In this document: piece after piece, positions 13,840 to 25,615 of the stretch | Numbering within the stretch: the first letter of the stretch is position 1 | Layout: each line of letters opens with the position of its first letter | Source of the DNA: Octopus bimaculoides | Lineage: Eukaryota | DNA: 64,000 bases | Assembly (NCBI RefSeq): GCF_001194135.2 | Contig: NC_068989.1 | Span: 34,177,837-34,241,836 of the forward strand | Reading direction: 5' to 3' | Notes under the pieces: model-generated | Told to the model about the DNA's origin: nothing | Seen by the model: the letters and a program-made list of their open reading frames with translations, nothing else | The model's database searches: none | Translations under genes and position numbers: made by a program

Positions 13840-14430
13840 GACATCATTAGACCTTGCCTGTCTCTGTTCCATTTTGCAGTCAAACAGTGGTGCATGGCTC
13901 AATTTGATGCTCTCTTCATCTATCAGTGCTGTTATAGATAATGAGTGCACTCATATCAGAGTGGCCAACACCTTGGTCTCCATGGGTGAAAGCCACATAA
14001 ATGCCATTGTGGAGTGGTAGTTGATGAATTTGGCTTGCTTCCGTTTTCCTGCATTCTTAGCATAAGCCAATTCCTCCAACATGCATCTCTGAACAACATA
14101 ATTAGAAGAGGCCTTGACACAGTTATCTTCCTGTCTCAGCTGGAGCCAGTAAGTCTTGACTGTGGAAATGGTAAGTGCCCCTTCTTGTTCAAGGGAGGCA
14201 GATCTCTAGTCTGGGATGTGATATGCAGTAATACATTCTCCAGCTTCACCTTGCTGCATCAGTTGCAAATCTGAGCATCGCTGCCCATAATGCAGGAGAG
14301 AGAGGAAAAAAATTCAGTTGCCTGACCAGTCACTATTAGTAGGTGCCTGTCACCATTGAAACGTCAGTTGATCTTGGGCCTTGCACTACCAATTACCTCC
14401 ACAAAATTGGGATAACAGCAGCCCATCTGA
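13840..14430 (+). mobile_element. CRE-clade non-LTR retrotransposon fragment: zinc knuckle and restriction-like endonuclease
   Basis: SGAWLN, CHCGVVVDEFG, HASLNNIIRRGL...LEPVSLDCGNGKCP...RSLVWDVICSNT. Confidence 0.7.
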
Positions 14431-15162
14431 GAAGTGAACACTGCGAGGTGGAGCAGCTGCTATAGTGAGTATTGCTGGCCATTCACTGCAGCAACACCAT
14501 CAGGATCATGACTGTGAAGTGCAGCTGAGCACACCATTTGTTTTGTGGGATGTGGTCCATTGTCCCCTCCCCTCCACCTTTTGCTGCTTAACTCCCACTT
14601 GTTTTCTTTTTTCTATTTCTTTGTTTAATAAATGTTGTTGTCTGTTAATAGTAAAAACAAAAAGAAAGAAAAAACTTAGAAAATGATTAAGGTACAAGAT
14701 GGTAAGAGAAAATTCTAGTGATGTATGGGAAATGGGTTAAATATGTAAAACAGTTAGAAATTGAGAAGATAGTGGAGTTCTATTAGAAATATGAAAACAT
14801 GAAACTGTTCTTATGAATAAACCCCTCTTCATACTTCTATATACATATAAACAATATATACGTAGAACATGAGGGGTTTAGTTCACTGGTTATCTAAATG
14901 AATAGGTATGCTGTGTAAGTGCTATAATTGGTCATCCGTTAGGTTTCAAGTTCACAACTGAAGTTGGAGCTAGGCTTCCAAATTAGCAGGTATATATTAG
15001 AGGAAACAAAAACCAAGGTAGGATGAGTATCTCAAGTCATTTACAATATTTAATTAGAGTTAGGTGAATTTGAGGTAATTAATTAGTTAGTTAGTTAACT
15101 AATTGATTATTGGATATCTTACAGCTGTTTCTGCAATATCCCAAGTGATAGGTTAGCATCTA

Positions 15163-15390
15163 TTGGGTTGTCTGGAAAGTTTGTGCCGATTTTTAAAGGA
15201 AAGAAAAAGGTCAATAAATACTTGCCATTACATTTTTAATCGACCAAATATGAACCATTTTGTTGCACAATGCGTTTCCATCTTTCCTTTAACTTGAAAA
15301 TACCCTCTTCCCAGAATTGAGGTGGTTTCGTGGCAAATAAGTCGAAAGGTAAGCTACTATAAATCGGCATGAACTTTCCGGACAACCTAA
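15163..15390. mobile_element. 228-bp mariner-derived MITE
   Basis: 30-bp TIRs (15163-15192 and 15361-15390, 4 mismatches) starting TTRGGTTGTC; TA at 15161-62, right flank TT. Confidence 0.85.
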
Positions 15391-15543
15391 TTCATACACA
15401 GGATATTCTGTCATCAGTTACAAGGTAAGTATGTATGCAAATTTTAGACAAGGAATTCACAGTTTATAAAGGAATAAAATAGTAGAAGAATAAAGAGTAA
15501 AGCAATAGATAGAAGAATACAGATAGGCAAATAAAGTTCACAG

Positions 15544-15545
<2 letters not shown>

Positions 15546-15575
<30 letters not shown>
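15546..15575. repeat. (TA)n microsatellite
   Basis: direct reading. Confidence 0.95.
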
Positions 15576-15579
<4 letters not shown>

Positions 15580-15671
15580 AGAAGAAAATGGAAGAAAAAT
15601 AACAGAAAGAAGTTGGTCATTTGCACTAGTAAGCCATTAATTTAATTAATAAAGAAAAGTGGTAGTAATAG

Positions 15672-15727
15672 TACATTTACGATCGTTTCTGTTTACCAGT
15701 TGTAGTGGTAGACATCATCAGAATGCA
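15672..15727 (-). ncRNA. minimal type I hammerhead ribozyme motif
   Basis: minus strand reads UGCAUU CUGAUGA UGUCUACCA cuacaac UGGUAAACA GAAAC GAUC GUA AAUGUA; full core and all three stems. Confidence 0.8.
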
Positions 15728-15814
15728 GAGTCATATGTCGAGGTAAGAAGAGCGAAAGACATAGGGATACATAGAATAAAGACAAAGACTGGTGAGTCTT
15801 ACATTATAGTAGAT

Positions 15815-16430
15815 TACTCATTGCCAACTCTCACCTTACTTACAGCATCCCTGTACATGTCTTGTACAGTTCTCACTAACCACTCATCTATCCCTAGTTT
15901 CCACATTGACCACCAGATTGGGGGACCCTGTCAAAGGTTTTCTCCAAGTCAACAAAAGCCAAGTACAGAGATTTATCTTTGGCTAGATATTTCTCCTGCA
16001 ACTGTCTTACCAGAAATATAGCATCAGTGGTGCTTCTCCCTGGCACAAACCCAAACTGCATCTCATCTAAACTAAATCTCTCCCTAATTAGTTGGGTTAT
16101 GACTCTCTCCATAACTTTCATCATCTGATCCAACAATTTGATACCTCTGTAATTATTTCTAGCAGTTGACTATGGTACTGCTACACCAGTCATTGGGTAT
16201 GACTCTGTCAAGTACCACCTGGTTAACTATATGGGTGACCAGACAAAAGCATACACTGCCAGATCTTTTAAGCATCTCATTGGGGATTTCTGATGGGCCA
16301 GGTGCTTTCCCTGTCTTCATATCATTAATTGCATAATCTACCAAGGTACTGTCAATTCTGATAGTGGGCCGACATTTGGCAGACTCTCTTTCTCTCATTC
16401 ATTCTCTTCATTTAGCAACCTTTCATAGTA
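15815..16430 (-). mobile_element. RTE LINE fragment (RT N-terminal half)
   Basis: KTGKAPGPS, QFGFVPGRSTTDAIF, FVDLEKTFDRV. Confidence 0.9.
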
Positions 16431-16463
16431 GCGTCTCAAAATCTCTATATTTANNNNNNNNNN

Positions 16464-16496
<33 letters not shown>

Positions 16497-16859
16497 CTGT
16501 GTATGTATGTGTCCATGTGTGTCTCTATCATCAAGACGAACACCAAGAGCAACAATAATATATAGTATGAAGTAGATAAGCAAATACATTTCAAATAAAA
16601 TCTTATAATGTGGTATATTAGTGTATTTTAAAAGTTGAATGAAATGTCTGATTTTAGGTCTATGCAGATTGACTTGTAACTAATAAGCAAGAACAAGACA
16701 ACCACTACAACACCAGCAATCTGCCCACCACCACTAACATCTAAACTAATGCAACCCACAATCTTTTGAGTCCAACTGGCTACAACAAATATCAGCATCT
16801 ATACCAACACATGTGCATGCACGAGTGTGTATGATTTGTGTCTCAAATCAGAAGTGCAA

Positions 16860-17180
16860 GAAGCAAATTGTTTATAAAACCTGGTGAACCTTCTTTTAGA
16901 CAATTTACCAAGCCACCTGTCAAACTTAGATGACCTTTCTGACAATGTGAGAGCAGAATATAACCTCAATAATACAACTTCATTCCAGACAATGGTGGGA
17001 CAGGTAACTTAAAGGCATATTATATAAGAACTTTCAAACAACTTATGAAAGCAATTGACAGGGAGGATAAGCCTGCAGTTAAAGAATTCTGGAAGAAATT
17101 CAATATAATAAATGTTGTGGATAATATAGCTGAGTCATGGGATGAAGTGAAACCGTCAACTTTGAAAAGTAAAGGGTAGA
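16860..17180 (+). mobile_element. pogo/Tigger transposase fragment (DDE region)
   Basis: AYYIRTFKQLMKAID...EFWKKFNIINVVDNIAESWDEVKPSTL. Confidence 0.7.
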
Positions 17181-17298
17181 AAGTCTATATCAAATTCAGA
17201 AAGATATTGTGACACACCACTTAAATTGGCAACAAAAAATATTGCTTAAGGGTTGGTCATTATATGGAAAGGTCTGCAAGTTTTTGTTGATAATATAG

Positions 17299-18292
17299 GA
17301 ATTCAAGACAGGATGCCTCTGGGAGCTCCTCTATGCTGATGACCTTGCGCTAATTGCTGAGTCACTATCTGAACTAGAGGAGAAGTTTCAGGTGTGGAAG
17401 CAAGGACTAGAATCGAAGGGCCTTAGAGTCAACCTAGCTAAAACCAAAGTCCTAATAAGTAGGAAGGTAGACAAAACACAAACCCCTTCAGGTAGATGGC
17501 CCTGCTTGATCTGTAGAAAAGGCATAAGTAGAAACTCTATAAGATGTACCCAGTGTAAGCTATGGACACATAAGAAGTGCAGCAATATCAAAGGAAGGCT
17601 AACTAGGAAGATAGTTTTTGTATGTGGCAGATATTCAGAAGCAATAAACACTGAAAATATGCAGAAAACAACTTCTGCCACGTTCCATGGAGAAAATCTA
17701 GAAGTAGCTGATAGCTTCTGTTATCTAGGTGACCAAGTTAGTAGCGGAGGAGGGTGCGCTGAAAGTGTAGCTTCTAGAATAAGAATAGCCTGGGCAAAGT
17801 TCAGAGAGATCTTACTTCTGCTGGTGACAAAGGGTCTCTCACTCAGGGTGAAAGGCAGACTGTATGATGCATGTGTACGAACAGCCATGTTACATGGCAG
17901 TGAAATATGGGCCGTGACTGCTGAGGACATGCGTAAGCTCACAAGGAATGAAGCCAGTATGCTCTGATGGATGTGTAATGTCAGTGTGTATACTCGACAG
18001 AGTGTAAGTACCTTGAGAGCAAAGTTGGACCTAAGAAGCATCAGTTGTGGTGTGCAAGAGAGACGATTGCTATGGTATAGTCATGTAGCAAGAATGGATG
18101 AGGATAGCTGTGTGAAAAAGTGCCACACCCTAGCGGTTGAGGGAACCCGTGGAAGAGGTAGACCCAGGAAGACCTGGGATGAGGTGGTGAAGCACGACCT
18201 TCAAACATTAGGCCTCACCGAGGCAATGACTTGTGACTGAGACCTTTGGAAATATGCAGTGAGTGAGAAGACCTGGCAAGCCAAGTGAGACC
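17299..18292 (+). mobile_element. RTE LINE fragment (YADD to ORF end)
   Basis: WELLYADDL, ORF 17392..17967 with a Cys/His cluster, ORF end DLWKYAVSEKTWQAK. Confidence 0.92.
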
Positions 18293-18309
18293 ATAATCCA
18301 AGGAAAGAA

Positions 18310-19257
18310 CTTGCAGAAGACGGTTTGTAAAATTCAGAAGTGGAGATTTCATCCTTGAAGATGTGGCCTGAACAAGATATCCAATTTTGTTTGATGACAA
18401 GCTCCTTCTGGTAGAACTTGAAAAAGATCATGCAGTTTCAGGTGAAGAATTGGTAAGCAAGCTTCATTCAAGCCATACAACTGTTCACCATCATCTTCAA
18501 CAGCTAAGGAAGGTCTCAAAACTTGAAAATGAGTGCTGCATGATTTGTCTGAAGCCAACTGCAAATCTCAAGGGGACATCTGCTCACCTCTTTGTTCTAG
18601 TGAACTCATCTTGCCCTTTTGGTGACCAGTGATGAAAACTGAGTCTTTTATGAAAATGTTAAGCATCACAGACATTGGCTTGGTGAAGAGGAAAAGGCCA
18701 AACCACAGCCAAAAAGCCAACTCCATGCAAAGAAGGTTCTCTCTGTTTGGTGGAATTGCGAAGGAGTTGCTACCAACTAATGCAATAATCAATGCTCAAA
18801 TCTACTGTCAACAATTAGAGCATTTGAATGCTGCTTTGAAGAAAAAAAACAGCCTGCTTTAGTGAATCAAAAGTGAGTGGTGTTTCATCAGGACAATGCA
18901 AGACCCCACACTGCAAAGATCACATCACAGAAGGTCGAGGAAATTGGCTGGGAGAAAATTGCTCATCCACCTTATTCCCCAGACCTTGCTCCTTCAGATT
19001 ACCATTTGTTCTGTAGCTTACAGAATCATTTGGATGGATTAACTCTTGAAACAACTGAGGAATCGAAACTGACCTTTCAGAGTTCTCTTTGAAACTGAAA
19101 GAGCTTTTCACTAATGGGATTAAAACACTATGAGTAGATGGAAAGATGTCATAGATATCATGGAAACTAATATTGATGATTAAGTTTCATTAAAATGTAA
19201 GATTTGATCACTTGTTTTCCATATTTAAAATCCGGACATTACTTATGAAATGACCTG
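18310..19257 (+). mobile_element. mariner (DD34D-type) transposon, 5'-truncated and decayed
   Basis: FHQDNARPH and HPPYSPDLAPSDYHLF; HTH upstream; TIR-like end CCGGACATTACTTATGAAATGACCTGA. Confidence 0.9.
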
Positions 19258-19744
19258 AGAACAGATTTCTCTCTTTTTTTTTTTTTTTCAAAGTGCAAAC
19301 TCTAATGAAGAATGTGTAAGAACTTTGATGATGTATTGTAGTGAGAGTAGAAGTACTGCATTGCAGCAAGTAAAGCAAGTTAGTTGAGTAGAACTTGTAG
19401 GATATGTAATGTTAACTTTCATAACAGGTAGAGCACAGTTGATCTGAAGAAGAGACTAGGTTGTAAATGTATTTGGCATTAGATGTCCATATCTAGACAT
19501 CTGCAGGGTGAAAAAGTGCTTTGACCTGATGAAAGATGTTTATAGTGGAAATAAACCAAGAAAGGAGCAGGGAAATCTAAATGGAGAATGAAAGGCCTTA
19601 CAGATAATATAACATGATCAAAAAGAATGGTTATTCAATGCAGTAAAAACCAATATCAGCATTAAATTAAAGAAAAGAAGAAAAAACATATAATTCTAAA
19701 TAGGTTTCCTTGATCATTTATTTCAGCCATCAGTTGTTCAATAT

Positions 19745-19960
19745 TCTTTTCTACTCTATGCACAAGGCCCGAAATTGTTGGGGAGGGGGCCAGTCAATTA
19801 GACTGATTCCAGTATGCAACTGGTACTTAACTTATCAACCCCAAAAGGATGAATGGTAAAGTCAACCTCAGCAGAATTTGAACTCAGAACATAAAGACAG
19901 ACAAAATACCGCTAAGCATTTCGCCCGGCATGCTAACGTTTCTGCCAGCTCACCGCCTTA
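19745..19960 (-). mobile_element. tRNA-derived SINE just 3' of the second ZNF ORF
   Basis: minus strand GGCGGTGAGCTGGCAGAA...GAGTTCAAATT (A/B boxes) plus central GGTTGACTTTACCATTCATCCTTTTGGGGTTGATAAG. Confidence 0.85.
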
Positions 19961-20029
19961 TCAGTTATTCAATATTAAAATGTCACCAGTTCACATTACA
20001 TTTTAATTTAAATATTATACATTATCAAA

Positions 20030-20974
20030 TCATATTGAAAAACTCTCATTATGGTAGTATGGTTTCTCACCAGTATGAATGCATTTGTGGGTAGTTGAGG
20101 TATTTATTTGAGAGAATCTTTTACCACAGATATTGCAGTGGTATGATTTCTCTCCTGTGTGAATACGTTTGTGCCTAGATAAATTATTATTTTGAAAGAA
20201 TGTTTTCCCACAAATATCACAGTGGTATGGTTTCTCACCTGTGTGGATATGTTTGTGAGTAGACAAATTACTATTTTGAGAGAATGATTTACCACAAATG
20301 TTACAGTGGTATGGTTTCTCTCCCGTGTGGATATGTTTGTGAAGAGATAAATTATATCTATTTGAGAATGTTTTACTACAGATATCGCAATGGTATAGTT
20401 TTTCACCTGAATGGACAAGCTTATGGTAAGACAAACCACTACTATGAGAAAATGTTTTCCCACAGATATCACAGTGATATGGTTTCTCCCCTGTGTGAAT
20501 ACGTTTATGAGAGGACAAGCCACCACTGTAGGAGAATGTTTTACCACAGATATCACAGTGGTAAGGTTTTTCTCCTGTATGAATACGCTTATGGTAAGAC
20601 AAGCCACCACTCTGAGAGAATGTTTTCCCACAGATGTCACAGTGATATGGTTTCTCTCCTATGTGAATACGTTTGTGGGTAGATAAATTACTATTTTGAG
20701 AGAATGTTTTATCACACATATTACAGTGGTATGGTTTGTCTCCTGTGTGAATGCGTTTATGTTGAGATAAGAAACTACTATTAGTGAATGTTTTACTACA
20801 AACATGACAGTGATACAGTTTGGATACTGAGTGAATTAATTTATGTTGAATTAAATTATTTCTTGTTGTGAATAATTCCTCACAGATATCACACCTGTGT
20901 GATTTCTCTTCTGCATCGTCTTCCATCTGATCAGTCAGATCAATAATTTTAATCTGTGATTCACTGAAAACCAT
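20030..20974 (-). CDS. tandem C2H2 zinc-finger protein, 314 aa, 10 fingers
   Basis: 10 C2H2 units with TGEKPYH linkers after a short acidic N-terminus; open frame. Confidence 0.92.
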   Translation of the reverse strand: MVFSESQIKIIDLTDQMEDDAEEKSHRCDICEELFTTRNNLIQHKLIHSVSKLYHCHVCSKTFTNSSFLSQHKRIHTGDKPYHCNMCDKTFSQNSNLSTHKRIHIGEKPYHCDICGKTFSQSGGLSYHKRIHTGEKPYHCDICGKTFSYSGGLSSHKRIHTGEKPYHCDICGKTFSHSSGLSYHKLVHSGEKLYHCDICSKTFSNRYNLSLHKHIHTGEKPYHCNICGKSFSQNSNLSTHKHIHTGEKPYHCDICGKTFFQNNNLSRHKRIHTGEKSYHCNICGKRFSQINTSTTHKCIHTGEKPYYHNESFSI

Positions 20975-21401
20975 AATTTTCTCTTTTAACTTAAAAATAT
21001 AAAATGATATCTTGTAACTTTTTCTGTTTTCTTTGTAGTTTGTAACAAAAATATTTCTATGACTACATTTTTTCTATATGGTGGTCTTTATCAAAGACAG
21101 TTTATATCTCAGACGTTTAGGAACACTTTTAAATGGTAGATTTATTTGGATACAATGTTATAATTAATAACCAGTAATTAAAGAAGTTCCAAATATCAAG
21201 ATACATCTGGATATGCAAATATTAACACATAAGGCGGATGGAACATTATAAATAGGAAATATTTTGCATCCATTCAACTAAGAGTTGTAAATACAGGTTA
21301 GTATCAGCTTGATGAAGTTAATTTTAGTCTTCCAAAGTAAACGAATACATTGTTCCTCTTCAGTGAAATCATTTTTATCACCATGTTTCTTACCAGATAA
21401 C

Positions 21402-21415
21402 CTGAAATAAAAAGA
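21402..21415 (-). promoter_or_regulatory. putative splice acceptor upstream of the second ZNF
   Basis: minus strand TCTTTTTATTTCAG, 427 nt upstream of the ATG; same TTATTTCAG as the other two genes. Confidence 0.5.
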
Positions 21416-22420
21416 CAACATAAGACATGAGGGACAAAGAAGTGTATATATGAAAATTACTGGAGGAAAAATTACTTGACCATAACAAGCAACAGTCAGA
21501 ACATATTTACAGAAAAAAGACAATCCAATGTAGAGATGTGGTGGAAATAGATAGTAAGGACCATGGATCTGGATCTTTGGAATGAAGATCTTACATTCTA
21601 AATTATAACTTCTTGATCCAAGCAAATAAAACTCTCTCTCTCTCTTTCATTCTATTCATCTATCTATTTATATGAATTAGATTACTTCATTTAGTCAAAT
21701 CTTTAGCTGTATTGTCTCCTCAGATATAGCTCAATCAATTCCAGAAAACATCAGTATCTTATACTAGAAATATATGACTTTCAATTAACAAAATAATTAG
21801 ATAAATCTGATATTATAAAAAGTTCATGATGGTCTCAGTATCTTATTAAGATTACTATCAATTCTGATTTTAATACTGGGAAAAATTTTTGTAATGTTAT
21901 GAGAGGGAGAGTTGGTGCTGAAAGGAATGATGGAATAAAATAATTTCCCAATAAATTTTTCTCAAAAGGAGATGTAATATAGGCTTACGGGTATTAGGAA
22001 GCTTTTTCAGGAAATTTTCATTAACATTTCACATGAAAAACAAAAAAAGAAGGTAAGTGCAGAGTTTCTTTGCCAAAGAAGCTACATAAACACTTTCTAC
22101 CAGTTTTGAGTGAGTGTATATGGGCTGCATTTAATTAGAAAGGGTGGTGGACAGTAGAATTGGTAATTATTCACATCCATTTATGTTCTGTATTCGAACC
22201 CAGCAGAGTGGTCTTATCTTTCATACTCCATACTAAATAAGCATCAGTTAAGTATTGGAATAGATTTAATCCAATCTGTACTTTAGCTGTTGTTTTAGCA
22301 CACCTCCACCGTTGGAATCTTTTAAAAAACCTTTTTCTATTACTCAAACGAAAAATAAATGAATATTAAAATTTTTTTTCAAACTTTTTTCGATTACACT
22401 CAAACAAAAAAATAATTTAT

Positions 22421-22640
22421 GAATTTCTTTCTCTTCGAAAGTCTTCTCCCCACACCCTCGGAAAAAATTGTCCCCACAAACTTCTTTATAATCGTAATCT
22501 ATGCCGTTTGAAAGGTAAGTTATGAAGGAAAAAATTGGATCTCGTGAATTTTCCGAAAGTCCTCTCCTCCCCCCGGTTCGTTGACGCAATTTAGTTTCAT
22601 ATTCGTTTAATACACATTTTTTTCACACCTATTACACTTG
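22421..22640 (+). promoter_or_regulatory. conserved non-coding cassette copy 1 (repeated GAATTTTCCGA..GTCCTCTCC motif and GAAAG|GTAAGT donor)
   Basis: collinear similarity to 50819-51060. Confidence 0.55.
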
Positions 22641-23257
22641 TTTATATTTTGGTGGCCGAGTGTCAAAGTAAATATTAACCAAAAGGCTAAACAAAGAAAT
22701 AATCTTTCGGCGTTTCTTCAGAAACGCACCTCTCCAATTAAACCAAATTCAATGAAGAAGAAAAGGTGGTTAATGTTTGTAAACATTAACCGAAAAAAGT
22801 TATGAAAATGGAAAATATATACAAAATATATGATTTACCAATATCTTTTCTTCAGTGTTGTGTTTTCACTTGTGTGTAATCATAGAATTGTAAACAACAA
22901 GGGTTTACAATTCTATTATTTACACGCGTTATTACAGATTTAAAACAAATCTATATCAACTAACCGTTTTCAGATGTAAACAGTGAATCAATGTGCTGTA
23001 TTTTTTCTTTATACTACCAAAGAAAATATATTTTTAAAGGTTTTATATTAATCTCTCGCAATGACATCAACATACGTGTATCTTCTAATATATTTAGCCA
23101 TAAATTCGTATCTTATCATAACGAAGCAGACAAGTGAACTTTATATCTTTAGCCACAGTTTCGATAACACACACACACACACACACACGTATGTCCATGT
23201 ATATCATTTATCTTTCTGTCTAGTTATCTCCCTCTCTAAATACACATATCTCATCAC

Positions 23258-24402
23258 CATCATCATCATTTAACACTTGCTTTCCATGCCAGCAATGGTT
23301 GCACGGTTTCACAGAAACTGGCAAGTCAGAAGACTACATCTATCCCTGCTGTCTGCTATGGCTGGATGCCCTTCCTAACGCCGACTACTTTACAGAGTGT
23401 ACTGGGTGCTTTTTATGGGGCTGCAGCAGCAACAGCAAGATCACCAAATAACTTACAAGGCAAGACTCCTTCGATTTAAGGTAAGGAGTAGTGTTGAAGG
23501 ACAGAAACATGACTCCCTCAGTTGGGAAGAGAGTAGAGAGAGGCGAGAGAAAGAAGATGGTGAGTGAACTAAGGATTGGAGAGGATGAGTGGGTGAGTTC
23601 ATGAGATTGTGAAAGGAGAGTGGTAGATGGAAGGGCAAATGTAAGGAGTGGTAACTGGTGGAGCGAAGGGTTTTGTGAGGATATTGTTGTGGAGAAAATT
23701 CAACAGGGACACATTAAGTGCAGGTGGGTACATAAGGGAGAGTGATGGGGGGAAATGCAACAGGTGGTGAACATGGGTGAGGGAAAGGATGATTGGGGAG
23801 ATGGGTTGTGGGGAGACAGATTGTGTGCAGGAGGAGGTATGGGCATAAAGGACATGCCTTTATGGCCTCAGTTTTACTTAGCTGGACATGTCTTCTCAAA
23901 CACAGCAAATCCCCAATTGTCTTGATATTTTATGAGGCTCAACATCTGAAGATCATTTTTTATCACTTCATTTCATATCTTCCTGTGTCCTCTTCCAAAG
24001 ATTCCCACCACATTTAGAGATTGGTACTTCTTTATGCAGTTGTCCTCATCCCTATGCATCACATGACAACACCAGTACAGTCATCTCTCTTGCACAGTAC
24101 ATTTGATGCACCTTCTACTTGATTTTTCTCTTTGAGCATTTACACATGCACACTGATGTTGCACATCCAGTGGAGCATGCTGGCTTAATTTGTTTCAAGT
24201 TTTCATGTGTCCTCTACAGTCACAACTCATGTTTCACTGCCATGTAGAATAGCTGCCTGAACAGAGGTTCCATGCAATTTGCCTTTCTACAAAAGAGTGC
24301 TCAATAAAGAGAATGAATGGGAGAAAGAGAGTCTGCCGAATGTCGACCCAACAGAGGGACCAGCTATCCGAGTTGACAGTACCATCTGTATCTATAAAGC
24401 TG

Positions 24403-24405
<3 letters not shown>
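23258..24405 (-). mobile_element. decayed RTE LINE 3' part with long pyrimidine-rich UTR and tail
   Basis: (CAT)n tail at 23258; homology to 56960-58500 and 62550-63596; NKENEWEKESLPNVDP segment at the far end is on the plus strand. Confidence 0.7.

Positions 24406-24406
<1 letters not shown>

Positions 24407-24440
<34 letters not shown>
24407..24440. repeat. (GT)n microsatellite
   Basis: direct reading. Confidence 0.95.
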
Positions 24441-24443
<3 letters not shown>

Positions 24444-24581
24444 ATTGCATCTATAGAAATATACATTTTCCACTTTTTCGTAAAATTTTTTACATCAATG
24501 GAATTTTCTCGATGTGAACTTTCAAGTGCAGGAATTAGATTTTTAAAATTCCGTTTACTTTGTGTGATTTAAGGGAGATTT

Positions 24582-25045
24582 NNNNNNNNNNNNNNNNNNN
24601 NNNNNNNNNNNNNNNNNNNNNNNNNNNNNNNNNNNNNNNNNNNNNNNNNNNNNNNNNNNNNNNNNNNNNNNNNNNNNNNNNNNNNNNNNNNNNNNNNNNN
24701 NNNNNNNNNNNNNNNNNNNNNNNNNNNNNNNNNNNNNNNNNNNNNNNNNNNNNNNNNNNNNNNNNNNNNNNNNNNNNNNNNNNNNNNNNNNNNNNNNNNN
24801 NNNNNNNNNNNNNNNNNNNNNNNNNNNNNNNNNNNNNNNNNNNNNNNNNNNNNNNNNNNNNNNNNNNNNNNNNNNNNNNNNNNNNNNNNNNNNNNNNNNN
24901 NNNNNNNNNNNNNNNNNNNNNNNNNNNNNNNNNNNNNNNNNNNNNNNNNNNNNNNNNNNNNNNNNNNNNNNNNNNNNNNNNNNNNNNNNNNNNNNNNNNN
25001 NNNNNNNNNNNNNNNNNNNNNNNNNNNNNNNNNNNNNNNNNNNNN
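24582..25045. other. assembly gap (N); others at 16454-16463, 25891-26656, 28114-28173, 45122-45455, 59633-59642
   Basis: N runs. Confidence 0.99.
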
Positions 25046-25100
25046 TAGGAGGGGGGATGGGGGACAATTTTCGGAAATTCCACTTAACTTCCAGGAAAAT
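25046..25100 (-). promoter_or_regulatory. partial cassette copy 3, truncated by the gap
   Basis: minus strand GTGGAATTTCCGAAAATTGTCCCCCATCCCCCC resembles 22458-22476 and 22546-22573. Confidence 0.4.
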
Positions 25101-25455
25101 GAATATTTTTTCATGAAATTTTCTACAAATATACCTTGATGTATGTACATTTCGAGCATATAGGAATTTAGAAGGAAACAACTGCAGATTATTTTTGAGA
25201 AGTGTTCCCCACTCGGTGGTGTTTCGGAGCAAGTCGTCCATTTTTTCATTTTCCTCTATTATGTGCGTATGTGCATCCGTATATTTCTAATGAAGTAATA
25301 GGCAGTGAAGAGAAGCTGTCATAAGAAAACTTTTAACTACCTCTCTACCTCTTCCTCTCTTGCTCTCTCAAACGCATACACATGCAAGTACACAATCATT
25401 CAGTAAAATATAACTCAAGTTCGTCAATGTTTTGTAATTATACAACGATTTTCAC

Positions 25456-25615
25456 TAGGGGTGTTAGGTTTTAGGGTTTAGGGTTACAGTTACGGTTAGG
25501 GTTAGGATTAATGTTATGGTTACGGTTTTAGGGTCAGGGTTAGGGTTTTATGGTTAGGGTTTAGGGTTAGTGTTAGGGTTAGTGTTAGGATTAGGTTTAG
25601 GATTAGGGTTGGGTA
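25456..25615 (+). repeat. degenerate (TTAGGG)n telomere-like tract
   Basis: many TTAGGG, TTTAGGG, TTACGG, TTAGTG and TTAGGA units over about 160 bp. Confidence 0.85.

Noticed and set aside
19443-19560. CTGAAGA and CTGATGA followed by GAAA
   Set aside because: No consistent stem II or stem III pairing found
20104-20686. Overlapping ORFs on other frames and strands of the ZNF genes (also 3985-4170, 54385-54615, 54973-55212)
   Set aside because: Shadow frames of the 84-bp finger repeat; no independent domain
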